Assembly (NCBI GenBank): GCA_003518055.1
Contig: DOZJ01000006.1
Coordinates: forward strand, 201,631 to 265,630
Origin: Candidatus Falkowbacteria bacterium
GTDB lineage: Bacteria > Patescibacteriota > Patescibacteriia > UBA11705
Length of the DNA: 64,000 bases
Direction of reading: 5' to 3'
Of this stretch, positions 57,919 to 64,000 are shown piece after piece (the stretch's first letter is position 1; each line of letters opens with the position of its first letter). The notes beneath the pieces are model-generated. The model was not told the DNA's origin. It did no database searches and saw only the letters and a list, made by a program, of their open reading frames with translations. Position numbers and translations under genes: made by a program.

Positions 57919-58431
57919 TTAATTGTGAATAAATGTATGAATTTTTTTTACCGTATCAAGCCGGTTCAGCTTACACTTGGCAATATAAATCAAAACATTT
58001 AACACGTCTAGCCAGAGCCAGCTGATCAGCCAAAAGGTAATGATAAGGTTTCGAAATTGTTCCGTTGAATCCGGTGCGCCACGAGTCATAGCCGGCGCCA
58101 GATAAAGCGCTATCAGGACGATAATGAAAGATATAATGCTTACTAATTCTGCAATCGGCGGGTTATTCAGTTTCGTGACCATGAATATTTTGACCACAGC
58201 GGAAAAACTCATGAAATTTGCCAGCGCCCAGCTAGCGATCAATACTTCAGTTGAAAATTGAGACGGGTTATATTTTGGTTCGTATTCAACCATATAAAGG
58301 AAGAGCATACCAATCGTACCAATTATGAGCATGTATATACCGGTGGTGCGTTTGTAGGTGTCAAGTTTCAGGAGAAATAAACCAAGAGCATTTAACAGCT
58401 CGTTGAGGCTGCGTCGAAGCGTGGTCAGCAT
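57919..58431 (-). CDS. hypothetical 4-TM membrane protein
   Basis: AAAGGAG SD; four hydrophobic segments. Confidence 0.65.
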   Translation of the reverse strand: MLTTLRRSLNELLNALGLFLLKLDTYKRTTGIYMLIIGTIGMLFLYMVEYEPKYNPSQFSTEVLIASWALANFMSFSAVVKIFMVTKLNNPPIAELVSIISFIIVLIALYLAPAMTRGAPDSTEQFRNLIITFWLISWLWLDVLNVLIYIAKCKLNRLDTVKKIHTFIHN

Positions 58432-58494
58432 GTGATGGTCTCCTTTGTCGGTGAAGTTAAAATTTGACTCGCATTCAGTTCAGCTAGGCGGGAT

Positions 58495-58755
58495 CTATTT
58501 TGTCAGACCAAACGCTTTGGCCAGTTCCTCCGCTTTGTCTCTGACAGCAGCATGAAACGCCAAACAATCTTCTTGATAGCTGGAATCAGGATCACAATAG
58601 TCAAGATCAATTCCGAGTGATCGGACTTGAATCGCGACGCAATCATCATCACCGAGAAGAATCTCATATTTCGTTTCCCAATCAGCGGTTGATTCCATAA
58701 TATTCGCAGTGGTGATGGCGAGTTCAAGAAAGGAGATCAATTTTTTTTCGGTCAT
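58495..58755 (-). CDS. hypothetical protein
   Basis: GAGG SD; acidic 86-aa ORF. Confidence 0.65.
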   Translation of the reverse strand: MTEKKLISFLELAITTANIMESTADWETKYEILLGDDDCVAIQVRSLGIDLDYCDPDSSYQEDCLAFHAAVRDKAEELAKAFGLTK

Positions 58756-58815
58756 TGATTCCTCACTTCGGCCGTTGAAGTTGTTGCGAATAGTTGTCAG
58801 CAGGTGAATGCCGCT

Positions 58816-59241
58816 TTAGACTTTGGTGTTAAGAACTTGAACCAGATCTCGATAATTCACCTGAACCAACACCGTCTCACCCTCATAATCAAACCGGCAA
58901 CATCCGGTAAGATCGATAATGTTTTCAATTTTTGATCGCTCAAAAACAGTTAGAAATCGACTCACGTAATAATCCGGCGAGTTGAAGTACTGGCGCAGCG
59001 CGACGAAGTCAGGATTGGCCACCAGCCATAGACAAAGGTCAGCCGGAGTTTCGGTGAATGATTGATTTACTCGTTGGTTATTGGGGTCAAATTCATCATC
59101 CATAATATACGGTCCGGTATGCTCAATGGTAGTATTTCCGGCGGCATCTTCGGAGATATTTTTGATATCATCAACAGCAAAAAGCCATGGGAGTTCTTCG
59201 CCTTGGCCGGCATAGATTTCCAGAATGATTTTGTGGCTCAT
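58816..59241 (-). CDS. hypothetical protein
   Basis: AGGAG SD; promoter near 59280-59306. Confidence 0.65.
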   Translation of the reverse strand: MSHKIILEIYAGQGEELPWLFAVDDIKNISEDAAGNTTIEHTGPYIMDDEFDPNNQRVNQSFTETPADLCLWLVANPDFVALRQYFNSPDYYVSRFLTVFERSKIENIIDLTGCCRFDYEGETVLVQVNYRDLVQVLNTKV

Positions 59242-59365
59242 TGTTTGCTCCTGTATGTGGGACGAGTCGAACGCTGAATATTATCATAAAACTAATTATT
59301 TGTCAATGGGTTGTGACTTTACTGATAGTTGCGAAATGATTCAACTTCTGGTATAGTTTTTGTAT

Positions 59366-60040
59366 ATGAATAAGGGAAATTTATACATCGTAGCCACACC
59401 GATTGGAAATCTCGGGGATATGACGTTTAGAGCGGTGGAGATATTGAAATCGGTCGAGATTATCTGGTGTGAAGATACGCGTGAAACCGCAAAGTTGCTC
59501 GCTCATTTTGATATTAAGAAAAAAACGACTGGTTTGCACCAGCATTCCGATGACAGCAAGATTATTAAAATGATCGAACAATATTTGGGCGAGGGGCAGG
59601 ACGTGGCTTATGTCAGTGATGCCGGTACCCCTGGAATATCGGATCCGGGCGGCAAGGTAGCGCAGCTGGCGATTGAAAGGGGAGTGAATATAATTCCGAT
59701 CCCTGGTGCCAGCGCGGTGACGGCGATTCTGAGTGTGTCGGGGTTCCCAACCGATAAATTTTTGTTTCTCGGCTTCATGCCGCACAAAGGCAAGGGTAAA
59801 TATTTTGATCAAATCAATGAATCAAAAATTACGACCGTTTTTTATGAATCACCTCACCGAATAATCAAAACATTAGAGCAGATGTTGGCGGTTGTAGAGT
59901 CTGAAAGAGAAGTCGTAGTTGGCCGCGAGTTAACAAAAATGTTTGAGACGATTTATCGCGGAAAATTGTCAGAAGTGATTGAAACGGTTAAGGAAAAGGT
60001 AAAGGGTGAGTTCGTGGTCGTGGTTAGGGGGAATCAATAA
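59366..60040 (+). CDS. rsmI: 16S rRNA Cm1402 2'-O-methyltransferase RsmI
   Basis: LYIVATPIGNL.D, CEDTR, SDAGTPGISDPG, YESPHRI, RELTK.FE. Confidence 0.96.
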   Translation: MNKGNLYIVATPIGNLGDMTFRAVEILKSVEIIWCEDTRETAKLLAHFDIKKKTTGLHQHSDDSKIIKMIEQYLGEGQDVAYVSDAGTPGISDPGGKVAQLAIERGVNIIPIPGASAVTAILSVSGFPTDKFLFLGFMPHKGKGKYFDQINESKITTVFYESPHRIIKTLEQMLAVVESEREVVVGRELTKMFETIYRGKLSEVIETVKEKVKGEFVVVVRGNQ

Positions 60041-60570
60041 TGTGATACAAAAGACACAAAACGTTACAAAAGGTTACAAAAATAAAAAATTGTGATACAA
60101 AAGTTACGAAAGGTTACAAGGGGTTACAAAAATAAAAATTATGGTCACTGTGTATTATAAGGATTTGAGTTATGAATTGAATGGTTTAGCATTTGAAATG
60201 TTTAAGTATCATGGCTACGGACAAAGAGAAAAAACATATTGTGATTATTATTGCTCATTGTTAGATGAGAAAAATTTGAAGTATAAAAGGGAAAGATATA
60301 TCCCTGCACTTTGTCACAATGAAAAAATATTAAAACGCTACGCAGATATTATTGTTGAAGATTTGGTGGTGATTGAAATGAAAGTGGGTAAGCGTCTTCG
60401 AAAAGTAAGTTTTGATCAAACTTTAGAGTATCTGAAATTATTAGATAAAAAATTGGGATTATTAATTTGGATTTCTCCCAATGGGGCTCAAGTTTATAGA
60501 GTTCTGAATGGTTAAATAAATATTATTTGAATTTTGTAAGGTTTTGTATTGTTTTGTAATTTTGTAACAA
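60041..60570. mobile_element. repeat-flanked GxxExxY cassette
   Basis: Upstream (G)TTACAAAA-type tandem repeats 60041-60132; downstream inverse TTTTGTAA repeats 60531-60570; mobility is inferred. Confidence 0.55.
60141..60515 (+). CDS. GxxExxY protein (PD-(D/E)XK nuclease-like)
   Basis: GQREKTY, ADIIVEDLVVIEMK, Q..EYLK, LGLLI. Confidence 0.9.
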   Translation: MVTVYYKDLSYELNGLAFEMFKYHGYGQREKTYCDYYCSLLDEKNLKYKRERYIPALCHNEKILKRYADIIVEDLVVIEMKVGKRLRKVSFDQTLEYLKLLDKKLGLLIWISPNGAQVYRVLNG

Positions 60571-60576
60571 ATATAT

Positions 60577-62103
60577 ATGCAAAAATTTTATATTACCACT
60601 CCAATTTATTACGTGAATGACAAGCCGCACCTCGGACACGCGTACACGACAATCGCAGGCGATGTTTTAGCGCGGTATTACCGGCAAAAACTCGGTCCGG
60701 ATAATGTTTGGTTTCTGACCGGCACCGATGAACACGGCGTCAAAGTGTCACAGACAGCGGAAAAGTTTGATAAAACACCGCAGGCATACGCGGATGAAAT
60801 TTCTGCGAAGTTTCAGTTTGCTTGGGATCAGTTGAATATTTCCTATAACGATTTCATCCGTACCACTCAGACGCGGCATGAGGAGAACGTTGAATTTTTT
60901 GTCAGCAAATTAAAAGAAGCGGTTGGTCCCGATGGTCAGTCGGTAATTTATAAAGGAACATACGAAGGTTTGTATTGCTACGGCTGCGAGGCGTATAAGA
61001 CTGAAAACGATTTGGTCGATGGCAAGTGTTTGGATCACCCGAATATTGAGCCGGCGTATCTAAAGGAAGAAAATTGGTTTTTTCGATTGTCCGCTTTTGC
61101 CGATCATATAAAAGAGGTGATTGAGCGTGGTGATTTTATTGTTGCGCCGGAATCGCGCAAGAATGAGGTACTGCGATTTATCACTGATGGGCTCGACGAT
61201 ATAGCTATCAGCCGCGCCAATGTTGATTGGGGGATAAAAGTGCCGTTTGATCAGGATCAAACCATATACGTTTGGGTTGACGCGCTTTTGAATTATATTT
61301 CCGCGTTGGGGTACAAAGACAATGACGAAAAATTTAAAACTTTTTGGCCGGCCAATGTGCAGCTTTTGGCCAAAGATATTTTGAAGTTTCACGCGATAAT
61401 TTGGCCGGCGATACTAATGGCTGGCGGGCTGGACTTGCCCCGCGTTTGTTTTGCTCATGGTTTTTTTACTGTTGACGGCCAGAAAATGAGCAAGACGATT
61501 GGCAACGTGATCGATCCGAATAATTTGGTGGCTGAATTCGGTTCGGACGGCGCTCGGTATCTGATTTTATCTCAATATCCTTTTGGTAATGACGGTGATA
61601 TCAAAGCCGATGATTTTGTGATTAAATACAACGCTGATTTGGCCAATGGCATCGGTAATTTGGTCAGCCGCGTTCTTGGAATGATAGAAAAATATTTTGG
61701 CGGATTGGTGCCCCAGGGCAAATATGGAGCTGAATACAATTTAAAAGATTTTTGGGGCAACCTTGATCAGGGATATGCGGATTTGAAATTGTATGAAAAT
61801 TTGAAGTCAATGATTGATTTGGTTTCTTGGTGTGATAATTACATTGATCAAACAAAACCGTGGGAGCTCGCGAAAAATGATCAAGACAAATTGGAAAAAG
61901 TATTATATAATCTAATTGAAATTGTTCGACATTTATCAATCGCGGTTTATCCGTATTTACCGGAAACAGCGGAAGCGATTTGGGATAAACTGAATATTTC
62001 ACAGGTGATGGTGGAAACAAAATTTGAGGATTTACAAAAAATCGGTTTAATGGAACCGGGGTTGAAAGTGACGAAGGGTGATGCGTTGTTTGCGCGAAAA
62101 TAA
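60577..62103 (+). CDS. metG: methionine--tRNA ligase
   Basis: YITTPIYYVN..PHLGH, GTDEHG, YVWVDAL, KMSKT. Confidence 0.97.
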   Translation: MQKFYITTPIYYVNDKPHLGHAYTTIAGDVLARYYRQKLGPDNVWFLTGTDEHGVKVSQTAEKFDKTPQAYADEISAKFQFAWDQLNISYNDFIRTTQTRHEENVEFFVSKLKEAVGPDGQSVIYKGTYEGLYCYGCEAYKTENDLVDGKCLDHPNIEPAYLKEENWFFRLSAFADHIKEVIERGDFIVAPESRKNEVLRFITDGLDDIAISRANVDWGIKVPFDQDQTIYVWVDALLNYISALGYKDNDEKFKTFWPANVQLLAKDILKFHAIIWPAILMAGGLDLPRVCFAHGFFTVDGQKMSKTIGNVIDPNNLVAEFGSDGARYLILSQYPFGNDGDIKADDFVIKYNADLANGIGNLVSRVLGMIEKYFGGLVPQGKYGAEYNLKDFWGNLDQGYADLKLYENLKSMIDLVSWCDNYIDQTKPWELAKNDQDKLEKVLYNLIEIVRHLSIAVYPYLPETAEAIWDKLNISQVMVETKFEDLQKIGLMEPGLKVTKGDALFARK

Positions 62104-62121
62104 AAATAGAAAAAATAAAAT

Positions 62122-62619
62122 ATGAATCCATTGGATTACATCCTTCTTGGCACAATGATTTTATTTTTGCTTTGGGGGGCTAAAAAAGGTTTTTTGCAGG
62201 CGGTTGGCAGTATTGTCGGAATTGTTATTGCCACGGTGGTCGCGGGTCAATTTTACGAATGGCTGGCCGAGTTTTTTGGTCAGTCCAATTTGTCGCTATT
62301 TATTGCGTTTATAGTCTTGTTTTCAGTCGTGCTGAAAATCGTTGGTTTGGTATTCTGGGGTTTGGGCAAGGTGTTTCAACTGATTTCTCTCGTGCCGTTT
62401 TTGCGGACTTTTGATCGTGTCCTTGGTTCGGTTTTGGGGTTGGTCTCCGGAATTTTATCTTTGGCAGTTGTGGTTTATTTTACCAACAAATTTCCTTTTA
62501 ATGACTGGGTGGCACTGCAATTAAAAGATTCTGTGGTTGCTCCGGTATTGCTTATGGTTTCGTATATCTTTTTACCGTTAATGCCGGAGGCGCTGAAAAG
62601 GATGAAGGCAGTAATTTAG
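62122..62619 (+). CDS. cvpA: CvpA family membrane protein
   Basis: LDYI, G.KKGF, DRVLG..LG, S...P. Confidence 0.85.
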   Translation: MNPLDYILLGTMILFLLWGAKKGFLQAVGSIVGIVIATVVAGQFYEWLAEFFGQSNLSLFIAFIVLFSVVLKIVGLVFWGLGKVFQLISLVPFLRTFDRVLGSVLGLVSGILSLAVVVYFTNKFPFNDWVALQLKDSVVAPVLLMVSYIFLPLMPEALKRMKAVI

Positions 62620-62675
62620 TGTGTTGGTTAACTAGTTAATTAGTTAACTGGTTAATTTATTTTATAATTTATAAT

Positions 62676-63518
62676 ATGCTTTTCGACACCCATGCCCATG
62701 TAAATTTTAATGACTTCAAAGATGATCATGAAGATGTTTTGACGCGGGCTAGAGAAAAAAATGTCGTGATGATTAATGTTGGTTCTCAGATATCCACAAG
62801 TGAACGTGCGGCGGAAATGGCGGTGAAGTATGCAAAAACATTTGCCGCGGTCGGTTTGCATCCAATTCATTTGCAGTCATTTGAGGTCAAAGAAGAGGGT
62901 TTGACGTTTATGTCTCGCGCCGAGGATTTTGATGTCGAAGCATATGCCCTGCTCGCGGCCAAGGATCAGGTGGTGGCAATTGGCGAGTGTGGGTTGGATT
63001 ATTACCATATTGATTTGAATGGTGATCTTGATTTGATTAAACAAAAGCAAAAACAAGTATTAAATCTGCAAATTGATTTGGCGAACCAGCACGAATTGCC
63101 GCTGATATTGCATTGCCGCGGCAGCAAAATGAATCCCCAAGACGCTTATAAAGATTTACTGCGGGAATTGAAAAAAAATTTACCGCGCAAGCGAGGTGTG
63201 CTTCATTGTTTTGGTTCGAATTGGGAAGTGGCACAAGAGTTTTTGGAATTGGGTTTTTATCTCGGATTCACCGGCGTGATTACATTTGATAAAACCGGAA
63301 ATTTGGCTGAGGTAGTCCGCAATGTGCCTGAGGCGCAAATGCTGGTTGAAACCGATTGTCCGTATTTGACGCCTGATCCATATCGAGGCAAAAGAAATGA
63401 ACCCATATATGTGGAGTATGTAGTCAAAAAAATAGCTGAATTACGTAATTTATCTTTTGAACAAGCGGCGGAGATAACCACGCGTAATGCGAAGAATTTA
63501 TTTAATGTTGTGGTCTAA
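62676..63518 (+). CDS. tatD: TatD family hydrolase
   Basis: DTHAH, GLHP, AIGECGLDY, LHCR, HCF, ETDCPYL.P, RNEP. Confidence 0.95.
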   Translation: MLFDTHAHVNFNDFKDDHEDVLTRAREKNVVMINVGSQISTSERAAEMAVKYAKTFAAVGLHPIHLQSFEVKEEGLTFMSRAEDFDVEAYALLAAKDQVVAIGECGLDYYHIDLNGDLDLIKQKQKQVLNLQIDLANQHELPLILHCRGSKMNPQDAYKDLLRELKKNLPRKRGVLHCFGSNWEVAQEFLELGFYLGFTGVITFDKTGNLAEVVRNVPEAQMLVETDCPYLTPDPYRGKRNEPIYVEYVVKKIAELRNLSFEQAAEITTRNAKNLFNVVV

Positions 63519-63618
63519 TTTTGAGTTAAATTAAATAAAAAGTAGCCATTGTGGTTGACTTTTTTTATATTTTGTTATATAATCGATTGTTGCGTTCCAC
63601 TCACGCGGGAGGATGAAG

Positions 63619-64000
63619 ATGGCTAATGTTGTTGGAATTTTGTTTTTTCTGGTAATTATCATCACTCCTTTGGTAGTGTTTTTCCGGATCGTTTGGTGGA
63701 TTGGGCGGATAACTATCGGATCAAAAATGTTTTCGCATACGGGATGTTTGGTTGGCTATCATTTGGTTCGGCCGATCGGTGATGATTTGGAAGGAGACTA
63801 TTTTCTGCGACGAACGATTTATTTGTATCTCCAGAAGGGCAAAGACAAGCAAAAGGTGCGGTTGGGGACTTTCTTTTGGGATAATGTTCCATCTTTGGAG
63901 CTTCAAAAATTGCTTGGCGAGAATGTCCAAGTTCACGTACCCGGTGTCGGCGCGAAGATTTTTTCGAATCAAAAACCGATGATTTCGCTTGCATCTGCAG
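63619..64000 (+). CDS. hypothetical membrane-anchored protein, truncated by the window end
   Basis: TTGACT..TATAAT promoter, GGGAGG SD, frame MANVVGILFFLVIIITPLVV... open to the end. Confidence 0.6.
   Translation, partial: MANVVGILFFLVIIITPLVVFFRIVWWIGRITIGSKMFSHTGCLVGYHLVRPIGDDLEGDYFLRRTIYLYLQKGKDKQKVRLGTFFWDNVPSLELQKLLGENVQVHVPGVGAKIFSNQKPMISLASA

Noticed and set aside
55838-59241. Prophage
   Set aside because: No integrase, terminase or structural genes recognisable
1-64000. Alternative genetic code 25 (TGA=Gly)
   Set aside because: mraZ, rsmH, lexA, dinB and mutM end at TGA at the expected lengths

Overview
AT-rich bacterial chromosomal segment, most consistent with a Patescibacteria/CPR (Parcubacteria-like) genome. 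This assignment is inferred from gene content, the fragmented dcw cluster and mostly SD-less core genes. TGA is used as a stop codon (code 11). The + strand backbone carries mraZ, rsmH, an ftsL-like gene, tgt, ftsI, murF, tRNA-Glu, lexA, dinB, pgk, eno, two gpmI, mutM, uppP, manC, mltG, a translin-like gene, rsmI, metG, cvpA and tatD. It is interrupted by many self-contained accessory units (promoter + strong SD + ORFan + terminator). Main observations: (1) three small repeat-flanked genes (four-helix-bundle/IVS-type, GxxExxY, GIY-YIG) whose flanking repeats also occur without the gene, including in frame inside tgt and an AlkD-like gene; (2) a 20-bp palindrome found four times, each time inside another palindromic repeat; (3) an array of polymorphic lipoproteins with a conserved N-terminal domain, variable C-termini and a conserved terminator/promoter junction; (4) three GC-rich transcription units behind nearly the same extended promoter, one possibly a new ncRNA; (5) an unannotated 50-aa stand-alone glycyl-radical (NrdD C-terminal-like) peptide. 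All calls come from reading the sequence by eye; no searches were run.
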